DNA of 64,000 bases from an uncultured Pseudomonadota bacterium. Its GTDB lineage: Bacteria; Babelota; Babeliae; Babelales; Vermiphilaceae. The position numbers and the translations under genes are program-made. Location of the stretch: positions 9,341-73,340 of the forward strand of contig CAZGZQ010000002.1 in assembly GCA_964529835.1 (NCBI GenBank), read 5' to 3'. Positions 27,120 to 37,620 of the stretch are shown here, piece by piece. The number at the start of each line of letters is the position of its first letter. Positions within the stretch are counted from its first letter, which is position 1. The notes below the pieces were generated by a model. The model was not told where the DNA came from, ran no database searches, and was given only the letters and a program-made list of their open reading frames with translations.

Positions 27120-28892
27120 TCAATGTCTATTTTCTGCAAAAGGCAAAATTCCACCTATTTGTGCTTTCCAAAGCTTTGCATACAACCCATCACTTGCAAG
27201 TAGCTGAGCATGTGTTCCGTCTTCAACTATCTTACCTTGATCAAAAACCAAAATACGATCCATTTGTTCAAGAGTTGAAAGCCGATGCGCAATCACAATA
27301 GTCGTTGATTGGTCCATTAACTCATGAAGTCCTTTTTGAAGATCAGATTCAGTCATCGAATCAAGAGCACTGGTGGCCTCATCAAGAATTAAAATTTTTG
27401 GCTTTTTTAAAAATGCCCGCGCAATTGCAATTCTTTGACGTTGTCCACCAGAAAGCTTGCCACCACGTTCACCAACAACCGTATCATAGCCTCCTGGTTG
27501 TTGCATAATAAAATCATGGGCGCAGGCATTTTGAGCAGCAGCAATAACTTCTTGATCCGTTGCCGTACGCCTTGAATAACGAATATTTTCCATAATGGTA
27601 CGATGAAATAAAACCGTCTCTTGCGGAATCATTGCAATTGCATCACGTAACGATTCTTGGGTAACAAGAGCAATATCTTGCTCATCTATCAAAATTCGGC
27701 CAGAATTAACCTCAAAAAGACGCAATAACAAATTAACAAAAGTTGACTTTCCAGATCCAGATGGCCCCACCAATCCAACTTTTTGCCCAGAAGGAATTAC
27801 GACTGATTTATCATTAAAAAATGGCAAAGCACCTTTATAATGAAAATGAACTTTTTCAAACACAATTTCTCCACCCAAAACAATGAGTGATTGCGCATTT
27901 GGGGCATCCTTTAACTCGATGTCCGCTTCAATTGAACGAAGCCCTTGTACAACAGCACCATATGATTCAGAAAAATCTTTTATATCTTTTGACAAATACC
28001 ACAAATTACCCACAATAGAAAGATTAATTGTTGTAATCAAAGAAAAATCACCTGGCGTAATCGTTCCTTTTGAAAAGCCATCAATTAACCACCAAAAACA
28101 GACTCCTTGAAAAATAACAAACGAAAGGCCTTGTAAAAAATAAATGATTAAATAAAACCATTTCATCCGCTGATCAACAGAGACATACGTAGAAAATTTA
28201 TTATTCAAGTGATCATATTCATCAGCACGCCCATTAAATAATCTCACATTCATAATATTTACCAAAACATCAACAATCGATCCTATGACAGTTGTTTTTT
28301 GTTCTGCTGCATCATCTGCAAGTTGCGCACCATAACGAGACAAAAAACAAGATATAAAAACAAACGATAAAACCCAAAAAATCATTCCGATTGCAAATGT
28401 TCCACCAACAGATAAAACAGCAAAAATAGCAAAAATAACACTGATACCATGACTAAAAAAATTATCTAAAAAAATTTTAACAAGAGTTGGAACATGAGAG
28501 ATAGCATCATTAACACGATTTGAAAGCGATCCTGCAAAATTGTTTTGATAAAAATAATGAGACTGATTAAGCATTCGATCCATTGCATATAAACCAATAT
28601 ATTTGCGAAGTGGAGCACTTGTTTTAAGCCAACACCAATCATGAAGCCTCAAGATAAAAAGTAACACAAATCCAATCATCCAATATGCAAGAATAAAAGG
28701 GCCAAGTTCAGAAAATGCTTGCTCTGGTGCAATGGAACTTGCCTTGTTTAAAATATATTTTATTAATAATGGACGCATTGCAAGATCTATTGCCCAAATA
28801 ATTGAAATAACAATTTGAACAAATAAATAAATTCGAAATGGCTTAATAACCTTAAGAACAAATGGGATGATTAAATTTTTTTTAGTATGCAT
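27120..28892 (-). CDS. ABC exporter, fused permease + ATPase (MsbA-like half transporter)
   Basis: It has six N-terminal TM helices. Motifs present are GPSGSGKST, LSGGQRQRIAIAR and ILILDEATSALD. The track start at 28922 is possible; the ATG at 28892 (MHTKKNL) is preferred. Confidence 0.9.
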   Translation of the reverse strand: MHTKKNLIIPFVLKVIKPFRIYLFVQIVISIIWAIDLAMRPLLIKYILNKASSIAPEQAFSELGPFILAYWMIGFVLLFILRLHDWCWLKTSAPLRKYIGLYAMDRMLNQSHYFYQNNFAGSLSNRVNDAISHVPTLVKIFLDNFFSHGISVIFAIFAVLSVGGTFAIGMIFWVLSFVFISCFLSRYGAQLADDAAEQKTTVIGSIVDVLVNIMNVRLFNGRADEYDHLNNKFSTYVSVDQRMKWFYLIIYFLQGLSFVIFQGVCFWWLIDGFSKGTITPGDFSLITTINLSIVGNLWYLSKDIKDFSESYGAVVQGLRSIEADIELKDAPNAQSLIVLGGEIVFEKVHFHYKGALPFFNDKSVVIPSGQKVGLVGPSGSGKSTFVNLLLRLFEVNSGRILIDEQDIALVTQESLRDAIAMIPQETVLFHRTIMENIRYSRRTATDQEVIAAAQNACAHDFIMQQPGGYDTVVGERGGKLSGGQRQRIAIARAFLKKPKILILDEATSALDSMTESDLQKGLHELMDQSTTIVIAHRLSTLEQMDRILVFDQGKIVEDGTHAQLLASDGLYAKLWKAQIGGILPFAENRH

Positions 28893-28938
28893 AGAGCACA
28901 TCCTTACATAAATCAAATACATGATGCAGCATCTACTT

Positions 28939-30054
28939 TTAAGATACTATATTTGTTAATTTTAGTAAAATGGAAGAAATAAGTTGTTTTATATATGCAT
29001 ACATTGGAAAAAATAAACGTTTAATAGACAACCATAGCGTCAGCTTTTTAGTCTCTCCAATGCGTTTTGATAAAAAATTTGCATCATCATATGAAAGTCT
29101 TAGAAATGATTTTTTCTCATTTTCTGTACATTTTAAAAAATCATCAATTTGATGAGGAAAGACCAAACAAACAATCCTCCAATCAGGAGAAATAAACAAG
29201 AGCGAAAATCTGCTATATAAAAGATCAAAACGTCTTTTTTCAACTAAATAGCCATCTTCATTTTGAAAACAAGGCACATGTGTATCTGTATCATAAAATG
29301 CATAAAAAGGTTTATTTTCATGCGAATAATCAAAAATTTGTGGTAAAAATTGCCATGATGCATTTCTTTTAAATCTAATTTCTTCGTGATACCTTGGCTT
29401 TACTACATCAAATTTTTCAGCCTCAAAACTTACTGCGGCGGGCCATACTTCATAATCATATTGACCAGCAAATGCAATTCTTGGTTTACAATTATCTATA
29501 ATCTTTTTCTTTTCAAACACTTTTTTCTTTTCAATTAATGTGCCGTTTAAAAATTCATCCAAGCGCACATTGTTTGATTTTTCAAGCCAAAAATAAGTAC
29601 CTTGAACAGGAGCATTATACATCTTTTGTTTGACATTAACCCATTCACATAAAATTGGCTTAATAGCCAAATCCACACAATCAATAATCCTTTCGATAAT
29701 TTCATGTGGTAAAGTAATTTTTTGCACATGACTGTTCTGTCCGCATACAAAAAAAGGCTTTGAAAGAAAAAAACCTGCAAGAAATAAAGCAGCTGTGTGT
29801 GTATCTTCTTCAATACGACTTGGCCAAAAATCACGACCAGAAAGTGGAATTTTAATTTTAAAAAATGCCTGTCTTATATACTTTTTATTCAAATAATGTG
29901 TTGTTTTATGATACTCAAACAATTCCTTTTCACTCGATCTTAAAAAACCAAGCTGATTGGTTATCAATCGATCACCAGAAACCAATTTGCAGCAATTAAA
30001 ACTAAAAATTAAGATCAGAAATTGCGCTAGCTGCTTTTTTGATAACCATTTCAA
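28939..30054 (-). CDS. Hypothetical secreted protein; 5' end overlaps the 3' end of pth
   Basis: The ORF is open to 30159, but that would overlap pth by 158 nt. A TTG at 30054 gives MKWLSKKQLAQFLILIFSFNCC, a signal peptide. The start is uncertain. Confidence 0.5.
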   Translation of the reverse strand: MKWLSKKQLAQFLILIFSFNCCKLVSGDRLITNQLGFLRSSEKELFEYHKTTHYLNKKYIRQAFFKIKIPLSGRDFWPSRIEEDTHTAALFLAGFFLSKPFFVCGQNSHVQKITLPHEIIERIIDCVDLAIKPILCEWVNVKQKMYNAPVQGTYFWLEKSNNVRLDEFLNGTLIEKKKVFEKKKIIDNCKPRIAFAGQYDYEVWPAAVSFEAEKFDVVKPRYHEEIRFKRNASWQFLPQIFDYSHENKPFYAFYDTDTHVPCFQNEDGYLVEKRRFDLLYSRFSLLFISPDWRIVCLVFPHQIDDFLKCTENEKKSFLRLSYDDANFLSKRIGETKKLTLWLSIKRLFFPMYAYIKQLISSILLKLTNIVS

Positions 30055-30526
30055 GAGCTTCTGCACTTTCTGAAAAAGGTTGCAAAACATACTCAGGTAC
30101 CAACTCCTTGTGCAATGGCCTGCCAATTCCAATTTTAAGACGCCAGAAATCAGGTCCAATAATGCCCATAATTGATTTTAAACCATTGTGACCTTTATGG
30201 CTTGTACCAAAAGAAAATCCAATAAATCCAAATGGTTTTTCAAGTTCATCATGCACAACCAAAATCTCTGATGGCTTTATTCCTTTTTTTTGCAAATAAG
30301 GAATAACCTCTCCCGAATTATTCATAAATGTTTGAGGCTTGATTAAAAGTAAACCAGAAGAAAAAACTTCACTATATAAAAAATTGTTTTTCAATTTCCA
30401 GTCAACTTTTTCTTGAAATGCAAGCTCATCAAGAACGCGAAAACCTATTGAATGCCGTTGCTTATAATAGCTTGAGCCAGGATTGCCAAGACCAATACAG
30501 GCTTTAATTCCAACAGGAGGCTGCAT
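30002..30526 (-). CDS. pth: Peptidyl-tRNA hydrolase
   Basis: It has GLGNPGSSYYKQRHSIGF, VHDELE and SHKGHNGLKSI. Its ATG shares one nt with the upstream stop (TAATG). Confidence 0.95.
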   Translation of the reverse strand: MQPPVGIKACIGLGNPGSSYYKQRHSIGFRVLDELAFQEKVDWKLKNNFLYSEVFSSGLLLIKPQTFMNNSGEVIPYLQKKGIKPSEILVVHDELEKPFGFIGFSFGTSHKGHNGLKSIMGIIGPDFWRLKIGIGRPLHKELVPEYVLQPFSESAEALEMVIKKAASAISDLNF

Positions 30527-31149
30527 TATACTTTTTTAACTGAACTATCTTTTGATTTTTCAGCACTTACAGAAGCCAACTTTTTATCACTGCTTTTTTT
30601 ATTCATGCATGCAATGATTTCATCAGTATGCTTCAGTTTATTATCAACATACAATGGCTTTCCTGAAACCTCATCCCATACTTTTTCAAATTCCTGCTCA
30701 CGAGCCCAATCAGAAACAACCTGCTGAAATTCCTGAGCCCATGCCTGTTCTTTCTTTGCAGCCATTATTTGAAAATCTTCTTCTTTTTCTTTAATTTGAA
30801 TAGATAAATCTCTTTCAAGTTGAGCTATTCTCTTTTCTTCTTGACGAACAGCTTCAGGAGACATTGCTGCCGCTTTATTAGATAACTCTTTTTTTGAGCG
30901 CTCAATATCTTTACCTTGCTCTTCTAATGCTTTTTGAAATTTTCGCGCTTGCTCAACCATTTCTTGATGCAATTCTTTTCCCATAAGCGATTGATCAAAA
31001 ATCATCGGAACATTAACAAAGGCTTCCTTTCCTTGTAATGCTTGCCGTGTAACAGTTGATTTGTTTGTTTGCTTTGCTGGCATAACAGAATCTGAGCGTA
31101 CTATAGCAACAAAAAAGAAAAGTATAAGAGAAACGTTAATTTTTTGCAT
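30526..31149 (-). CDS. OmpH/Skp-like periplasmic chaperone (tentative)
   Basis: It has a signal peptide (MQKINVSLILFFFVAIVRS) and about 170 aa of coiled-coil K/E/Q-rich sequence. The size and layout resemble Skp. No diagnostic motif is present. Confidence 0.45.
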   Translation of the reverse strand: MQKINVSLILFFFVAIVRSDSVMPAKQTNKSTVTRQALQGKEAFVNVPMIFDQSLMGKELHQEMVEQARKFQKALEEQGKDIERSKKELSNKAAAMSPEAVRQEEKRIAQLERDLSIQIKEKEEDFQIMAAKKEQAWAQEFQQVVSDWAREQEFEKVWDEVSGKPLYVDNKLKHTDEIIACMNKKSSDKKLASVSAEKSKDSSVKKV

Positions 31150-31203
31150 TTTAATCCCTAATATTGTATTAAAAAGTTACAAATTTTCTAAACATCAAAC
31201 TTT

Positions 31204-32277
31204 TTATTTTTGGTTAATCTTAAGGAGCTTAAAAATTTCGTCAAGATTTAAACGCAAATCTAGTTGTGTCTTTTCAAAACTCTTAACACATTTAAACCCA
31301 TGTTGATTGATTGGTTTAAACGTCATAAAATAATAATTAAGTAAGGCAGCTTGAAAAACAAAAGCCTTCATTTTTTCATCAACAACCTCAACGCCATTTT
31401 TTAAAGCAGCTGAATAAATTGAAAAAAGCTTTGCATTAACTCGCTCAATCAGTAATGCTAAATTGTCACTACGAACATAATTTTTTTTATTAAACTGACT
31501 TACTTGAAAAATCTGAGGAATCAATAAAGAAGACGGCATCATAACATTTTTATCTTTAAAACGAGGCAAAACGTGCACATCATAGAGACTTTTCAATATA
31601 TAATACGTAGAATCTTTTTTGACAGAATTTGTAGACTCAATTACAAAAAGATGCTGCGCAACAACACTAGCGGCAAAACACCAAGCCCGCGAAGTTACAG
31701 GTTGAGATTTTTGAAAAAACCCAGCAAAAACTTCAACCGACTGAGCCAGCTTCTGATCAAACGACTGACCAGACATCTTTGAATCTTTACCAAAAAGTAC
31801 CCATCGATGAATTTGAGCTATATTTAAGGCTGATTGTTCGATTAAATCTTCATTATTACGTTCAACTTTGTTATCAGGTTCAACTCCGTTATCAAGTTTG
31901 CCATATCTAACCAACCTACGTAATGTTTTAAGGGATGGATATATTTTTTGAAATATATCTTCACGAGCCTGCAACAAATTTTGAGTTTCTGGCCTCAATA
32001 ATAATAACCAATCCTTATACAAAGGAACATGTCGTTTGGTTCCAAGCAGCTTAACAAGCGTATAAAGATTTTCAACAGTAACCGGATTAAGAGATTTGTT
32101 ATCACCATCTTTTGTATATTTTTGCAACAACGAATAAAGAGCATCTGCAGATTCATGCATTCTATCAATGTGCTTGGTCTGGCAATGATACTTAAATTGC
32201 TCCACTTTAAGCTTAAATTCATCTTGTGAAGAAAAAAGAGTAAAAATGAAAAAAGAAAACAAATATATATACAACAT
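31204..32277 (-). CDS. Hypothetical secreted protein
   Basis: The start MLYIYLFSFFIFTLFSS at 32277 is preferred. The first 18 codons of the track ORF (to 32331) are the translated 3' end of the tmRNA gene. Confidence 0.55.
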   Translation of the reverse strand: MLYIYLFSFFIFTLFSSQDEFKLKVEQFKYHCQTKHIDRMHESADALYSLLQKYTKDGDNKSLNPVTVENLYTLVKLLGTKRHVPLYKDWLLLLRPETQNLLQAREDIFQKIYPSLKTLRRLVRYGKLDNGVEPDNKVERNNEDLIEQSALNIAQIHRWVLFGKDSKMSGQSFDQKLAQSVEVFAGFFQKSQPVTSRAWCFAASVVAQHLFVIESTNSVKKDSTYYILKSLYDVHVLPRFKDKNVMMPSSLLIPQIFQVSQFNKKNYVRSDNLALLIERVNAKLFSIYSAALKNGVEVVDEKMKAFVFQAALLNYYFMTFKPINQHGFKCVKSFEKTQLDLRLNLDEIFKLLKINQK

Positions 32278-32286
32278 AATTTTTTT

Positions 32287-32644
32287 TGGTGGAGGCGATG
32301 GGAGTCGAACCCATGTCCGCATTATTAACACAATTTAATACTACATGCTTATTTTGCAATTATACTATCAGAACTCCTTGCAAACACAGATTGTCCTGCC
32401 AGATTTTTTTGTTTTTTCCATAGGCCTACAAAAAAACGTAACCTCAACCCTGAAGTTCTATCTGGGTAATACGAGCTTGTTATACTGATAGACACGCATA
32501 ACAGCAAGATTTTATTTCACTCGGAAATAAAATAGGGCTTTAAGCCGCTGCTTTTCTTGTTTATTCAATTGTTTTACGAGCACTTGAACAACGCTCGGCA
32601 TGCATTAAAAGGCATTCGTAACACGTCGAAACCAGTACGCCCCC
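32287..32644 (-). ncRNA. ssrA: tmRNA (ssrA)
   Basis: The 5' end is GGGGGCGTACTGGTTTCGAC. The 3' end is ATGGGTTCGACTCCCATCGCCTCCACCA. The acceptor stem GGGGGCG/CGCCTCC includes the G3-U pair, and a T-arm is present. It lies directly downstream of smpB. A canonical-looking tag end GCAGCGGCTTAA (..AAA*) is at 32540-32551, but I could not fix the resume codon. Confidence 0.9.
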
Positions 32645-32724
32645 TTATAATTTGTATGTTAATAAACAACTGAAAATTTGTCAATATTTAGCCTGATTTA
32701 GAGGTAAAAATATAACATCACTAC

Positions 32725-33180
32725 TTATTTATTTTTAAGCTCTCTTTTTGCCTCGCGAGAAAGATCCCTTTCTTTAATTATCTGCTTTTTATCAACAAAT
32801 TTTTTGTGTCTGCCAAGCCCAACGGCAACTTTTAACTTATTTTTGTCAGAAAAATACATTTTCACGGGAAGCATTGCAACACCTTTTTGTGCAACAAAAC
32901 CAATCAAATGTGCAAGTTGACGCTTATGAACCAAAAGTTTTCTACGACGACTTGTTTGACTTTCATCCTTTGTGTACGCTTGTGCATACTGCTTAATGTG
33001 ACAATTAATCAAATAGAGCTCTCCGCCATGGATTGTAACAAATGCACCCGTTAAAGTTACACCATAGACACGTAATGCTTTGACCTCATCACCCGTCAAT
33101 ACAATTCCTGCTTCAATTGTCTCAAAAAATTCATAATCAAAAAATGCTTTTTTATTCTGAGCAATAACCTTCATACCCAA
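32725..33180 (-). CDS. smpB: SsrA-binding protein SmpB
   Basis: It has NKKAFFDYEFFETIEAGIVLTGDEVK and the basic C-terminal tail RRRKLLVHKRQ... Confidence 0.95.
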   Translation of the reverse strand: MGMKVIAQNKKAFFDYEFFETIEAGIVLTGDEVKALRVYGVTLTGAFVTIHGGELYLINCHIKQYAQAYTKDESQTSRRRKLLVHKRQLAHLIGFVAQKGVAMLPVKMYFSDKNKLKVAVGLGRHKKFVDKKQIIKERDLSREAKRELKNK

Positions 33181-33181
33181 A

Positions 33182-33673
33182 CTAACTCCGATGTGATACC
33201 CTTTGATAATAATGTCTTAATAATAGAAATGCAAAGCAATACGTTATTATTCCAGCAACAAGGCCAACAAGGTTCCCTCCTATTAAAAATGCCCATCCTG
33301 AAATAGAAATTTCTTTAAAATAGGCCTGAAGTAAATTGTTGATCCATATCATAAAAGCAGGCTCCTGCATATTCTCTAGTCCAAAAAAAATTATAAGTTT
33401 AGTTCCAACCCAATAATCAAAAAAATACACCGGTATCATTGTCCAAGGATTATTAATCAAATATGAAAAACAAATCATCAAGGGACCATTAAGAGACCAT
33501 GCCCACGAAAAAAACAACATCATTACAGTATGAAATCCTATAAATGGGCAAAAGGCTACATAAGTCCCAAGAGCAAGCGATATTGCTTGTTGCTGAGTCG
33601 TATAAACCCCTGTTAAAAAAAGGTTTTTAAATCGATTAATTAACCGAAAAAGCATGTTGAAAAAGATTTTCAT
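33182..33673 (-). CDS. DUF2062-like membrane protein
   Basis: The sequence LALGTYVAFCPFIGFHTVMMLFFSWAWSLNGPLMICFSYLINNPWTMIPVYF resembles the DUF2062 pattern. It has 3-4 TM helices. Confidence 0.5.
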   Translation of the reverse strand: MKIFFNMLFRLINRFKNLFLTGVYTTQQQAISLALGTYVAFCPFIGFHTVMMLFFSWAWSLNGPLMICFSYLINNPWTMIPVYFFDYWVGTKLIIFFGLENMQEPAFMIWINNLLQAYFKEISISGWAFLIGGNLVGLVAGIITYCFAFLLLRHYYQRVSHRS

Positions 33674-34376
33674 TTCGAGTATTCTAATAATAATTACTCT
33701 TTATAAAGTATCATATATGTATAAAAATTTACAGCATATTTCACTTTTTATCTTTATATCTGGATTTATTCACTCAAACTTCAACTCATTTTATTTTGGT
33801 CAAATTAAAAGTACAAAAGAATCAATTTCAAGTTCCATTACTTACTACTATTGTGGGAATTCAGGGGTTTTAATGCCACAGAACGACTTAATAACCTTTG
33901 AAATTCCTGCTAACACAAAAGAAAAGCGATTATATCTTTTAATCACAGACCTTGAATTACAACCAGTTCCAGAACAAACCAATGACGGATCAATCATTTT
34001 TAATACATTTCAACGTCTTGAACTTGCAAGCAATGCTTCATATCGTTTTTTTGTTCTTGATCAATCTGAGACTGGACAATGGACTGTTTCAGAAGAAAAA
34101 CTTCCAAACAACCGAACTATTCCAAATCAAACAATTGTTCTGCTTTATTTTCCAGAATTAATCTCCCATATTGCAGGTGGCTCTTTAAGCGAACTACCAA
34201 CAATCTTTATTGACCCACTACCTGAAGAAAAAGAGCCTCATTCTTTACAAGCAAAAACAACCGAACGTCTTTTGAAAATGCACTTAAGCGCAATAAATCT
34301 CAATACTATCCATACACCAGTAAAACAGTTGTTCCACCATAAAAACAATAAAATTTTGATAGCACATTATGTATAA
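33654..34376 (+). CDS. Hypothetical secreted/anchored protein
   Basis: The N-terminus is hydrophobic. The start is uncertain (33654 or the ATG at 33717). It is divergent from, and overlaps, the start of 33182-33673. Confidence 0.45.
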   Translation: MLKKIFISSILIIITLYKVSYMYKNLQHISLFIFISGFIHSNFNSFYFGQIKSTKESISSSITYYYCGNSGVLMPQNDLITFEIPANTKEKRLYLLITDLELQPVPEQTNDGSIIFNTFQRLELASNASYRFFVLDQSETGQWTVSEEKLPNNRTIPNQTIVLLYFPELISHIAGGSLSELPTIFIDPLPEEKEPHSLQAKTTERLLKMHLSAINLNTIHTPVKQLFHHKNNKILIAHYV

Positions 34377-35409
34377 TACAACAAGTGATTCGATAGTAAC
34401 GCTTGGCATTGAAACATCATGCGACGAAACAGGTGTAGCTCTTTATTGTTCAAAAAAAGGTCTTATTGGACAAACACTTTTTTCACAAATTCCACTGCAT
34501 ACGCTCTATGGTGGAGTAATTCCTGAAATTGCTTCTCGGACACAACTTGAAAAAATTGTTCCTGTCTTTCAAGAGACTCTTAATAAAACCGGTTTGACAA
34601 TTAAAAACATTGATGTTATTGCAGTAACCAATAGACCTGGTCTTGCTGGCTCTCTCTTAATTGGAACCTGTTTTGCAAAAACAATTGCATGGGCGCATCA
34701 AAAAACTTTAATTGGAATAAATCATCTTGAAGGTCACATTTTTTCATCATTTCTTGAATATAATGTACCGTTTCCCCACCTCTGCCTAACGGCTTCAGGT
34801 GGACATACAGCTCTTTATTACGTAACTAATTTTGGAGAGTATACTTTAATTGGAAAAACACGTGATGATGCTGCAGGTGAAGCATTTGATAAAATCGCAA
34901 AAATGATGGACCTTGGATATCCAGGTGGCCCTTTAATCGAAAAATATAGCCAAACAGTTAATTTTGAAGATTTCTTCGAATATCCTCGACCAATGCAAGA
35001 CATGCTTGATTTTAGTTTCTCTGGATTAAAAACCGCTATTTTATACGATTTAATGCAAAAAAATGCTTTTGATCCAAAAACAAAAGAGTTTTTAAAAAAA
35101 AATGACCAATTCTTTATTGCATCTGTTGCAAGCTCATTTTCTGTTGCCATTGGCGATATTTTTGTCAATAAAATCAAGACCGCATTAAAAGAATATCCCC
35201 TTACCAAAGCTATCACCTTTGTTGGAGGATGCGCTTGCAATAAATATTTGAAAAAAAGACTCAAAGAAACAGCTGATCAAAATAATAAAGATTTTTTTAG
35301 TCCATCACCAGCATATTGCACTGATAATGGAGCAATGATTGCTTTTGTTGGTTCATATAAAGCCTTGCAAGGCTATAAAGATTCATATGTTTTAGACATA
35401 CTACCCTAA
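34369..35409 (+). CDS. tsaD: tRNA N6-adenosine threonylcarbamoyltransferase TsaD
   Basis: It has GIETSCDETGVAL, NHLEGHI, ASGGHT and YCTDNGAMIA. Confidence 0.95.
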   Translation: MYNTTSDSIVTLGIETSCDETGVALYCSKKGLIGQTLFSQIPLHTLYGGVIPEIASRTQLEKIVPVFQETLNKTGLTIKNIDVIAVTNRPGLAGSLLIGTCFAKTIAWAHQKTLIGINHLEGHIFSSFLEYNVPFPHLCLTASGGHTALYYVTNFGEYTLIGKTRDDAAGEAFDKIAKMMDLGYPGGPLIEKYSQTVNFEDFFEYPRPMQDMLDFSFSGLKTAILYDLMQKNAFDPKTKEFLKKNDQFFIASVASSFSVAIGDIFVNKIKTALKEYPLTKAITFVGGCACNKYLKKRLKETADQNNKDFFSPSPAYCTDNGAMIAFVGSYKALQGYKDSYVLDILP

Positions 35410-35456
35410 ATAAGTACAATTTGTGTCAAACCAAGTACATATCCAAAAATTATATC

Positions 35457-35894
35457 TTATTTTACAATACAAGAACCATTTCTTACAATTTCTTTATCAA
35501 ATAAAACATATTTAGAAATTGATTCTATGTTTACAGTGGAATAATTAGTTGCATATATATCTTCAATATAAACATTAATATTTTGAAAAAATGGCTGTAA
35601 AAAACAAATTTTAGAACTATCAGAACATATAATACGATCAATATAATATTTTCCAGGCCTTGAAAATTCTACCATTAAAGCAGAACTCAAAAGACAAGAA
35701 ATATTATACTTTTTATCTGGCGCCAAAACAAGTTTATGAGTAACAGAATCAGAAATACTCACATAAGATATTTCTTTTTCAGCTGAATAAAATTCAAATA
35801 AAAAGCAAAAACAAAAAAAGCAATTATCATTGTAAACCTCAAGAGTTTGAAATAAAATCATCACCATTATGCTCACGATGTGCTGCTTTTTCAC
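35457..35894 (-). CDS. Hypothetical small protein; 5' end overlaps the rho stop
   Basis: It is an ORF with the hydrophobic N-region [12 protein letters not shown]. The start is uncertain (35894, 35867 or 35861). Confidence 0.4.
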   Translation of the reverse strand: MKKQHIVSIMVMILFQTLEVYNDNCFFCFCFLFEFYSAEKEISYVSISDSVTHKLVLAPDKKYNISCLLSSALMVEFSRPGKYYIDRIICSDSSKICFLQPFFQNINVYIEDIYATNYSTVNIESISKYVLFDKEIVRNGSCIVK

Positions 35895-37479
35895 GCTTAT
35901 TCATTGAATCAAGAAATTCACGATTAACCTTGTGTTTGCCCATTTTTTCAATAAGAAACTCAACTGCTTCAATAGTATTCATTGTTGATAAAAATTTTTG
36001 CAAAACCCACACTTTGTTCAAATCATCATCATGATGCAATAAATCATCGCGGCGTGTACCTGAAACAAGAAGATCAAACGCAGGAAAAACTCGGCGATTT
36101 GATAATTTACGGGTCATATGCATTTCCATGTTACCAGTACCTTTGAATTCTTCGTAAATAACTTCATCCATTCGAGAACCAGTATCAATCATTGCGCTTG
36201 CCAAAATCGTTAAGGACCCACCCTCTTCTGTTGCACGAGCAGCCCCAAAAAAGCGTTTTGGTCGCTGTAAAGCATTTGCGTCAACACCGCCGGTCAAAAT
36301 CTTTCCTGATGCAGGCGCAACGGTATTATAGGCTCGCGCAAGACGCGTCAATGAATCAAGTAAAATAACAACATCTTTTCCCGACTCAACTAATCGCTTT
36401 GCCATTTCCAAAACAGCCTCTGCAACCTGAACGTGTCGCTCTGCAGCTTCATCAAAAGTTGAACTAATAACCTTTGCTGAAGAGTTTCGAAGAGTCCTTT
36501 TCATATCAGCAACCTCTTCAGGACGCTCGTCAACAAGTAAAACAATCAACACAACTTCAGGGTGATTTACAACAAGAGCTTGTGCTATTTCTTTTAAAAG
36601 AAGTGTTTTACCAACCTTTGGAGGCGCAACAATTAAACCCCGTTGCCCTTTACCAACAGGAGTAAAAAGATCCATTATCCGAGTTGCCAATTTACCTGGC
36701 TCATATTCCAAGCTAAATTTTTTAGAAGGATGCAACGGACTCAATCGATCAAAATGAGGACGATCTGCCAATTCAACAGGATCCTTTCCGTCAATTGTAT
36801 TAACTTTTAATAATGCAAAATATTTTTCATTTTCCTTAGGTTTGCGAATAACACCAGAAACAATATCCCCTGTTCTCAATCCAAACCTTCTAATTTGAGA
36901 AGGAGAAACATAGACATCATCAGGACCAGAGACATAATCATAATGTTCAGATCTTAAAAAACCAAACCCATCAGGCAATTTCTCCAATACCCCAGAAACT
37001 TCTATTTCAAATTCAGGATTTGCCTGGATAAATTTTATTCGCTCAACAAGCTTATCTTTTGACATAAGCAAGCCGCCAACTATTCCTAATTTGCGTGCTA
37101 AAATATTTAAATCACCCAAAGATCGCTCTTCAAGGGGCCGTACCTCTTGAACAACAGGAACTTGCACATGAGCTGAAACCTTATTTTCACTAGGCAACGT
37201 TTGTTGATAAGTACCAACCTCTTTCAATCCACTTGGTTGATTATGGTTAGTTTGGTTTTGATTATTATGATATCCCCTTGAACGACGGTACCCACCGCCA
37301 CTACGATGCCGTTTATTGTATTCTTGTTGATCCGGGCGCTCAGCGCTTACCACTGCTGCCTCATTATTGCTTTGATCAGCAACCTGAGAAACACCATTTT
37401 GATTTAACAAAGGAGTATTTTGTTCAACAACACCATCAGCTTGCACGATTTCTTCTTTTTTCAAATCGATTTCACTCAT
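35839..37479 (-). CDS. rho: Transcription termination factor Rho with ~120-aa N/Q- and RGG-rich N-terminal extension
   Basis: It has the Rho_N block [21 protein letters not shown], Walker [16 protein letters not shown] and [16 protein letters not shown]. The extension includes [24 protein letters not shown]. Confidence 0.95.
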   Translation of the reverse strand: MSEIDLKKEEIVQADGVVEQNTPLLNQNGVSQVADQSNNEAAVVSAERPDQQEYNKRHRSGGGYRRSRGYHNNQNQTNHNQPSGLKEVGTYQQTLPSENKVSAHVQVPVVQEVRPLEERSLGDLNILARKLGIVGGLLMSKDKLVERIKFIQANPEFEIEVSGVLEKLPDGFGFLRSEHYDYVSGPDDVYVSPSQIRRFGLRTGDIVSGVIRKPKENEKYFALLKVNTIDGKDPVELADRPHFDRLSPLHPSKKFSLEYEPGKLATRIMDLFTPVGKGQRGLIVAPPKVGKTLLLKEIAQALVVNHPEVVLIVLLVDERPEEVADMKRTLRNSSAKVISSTFDEAAERHVQVAEAVLEMAKRLVESGKDVVILLDSLTRLARAYNTVAPASGKILTGGVDANALQRPKRFFGAARATEEGGSLTILASAMIDTGSRMDEVIYEEFKGTGNMEMHMTRKLSNRRVFPAFDLLVSGTRRDDLLHHDDDLNKVWVLQKFLSTMNTIEAVEFLIEKMGKHKVNREFLDSMNKREKAAHREHNGDDFISNS

Positions 37480-37620
37480 ACTTTTTTCCTATTGATATTT
37501 TACGACTCAATAATGTCAAGCATTATTATCTAAATCAGTTTCTATATAATGCATGCCGCGTATAACACCTCAAGATAAAATCGATCTCGAATCATCAAAA
37601 AGAGGGAAAGGCTAGCAAGA

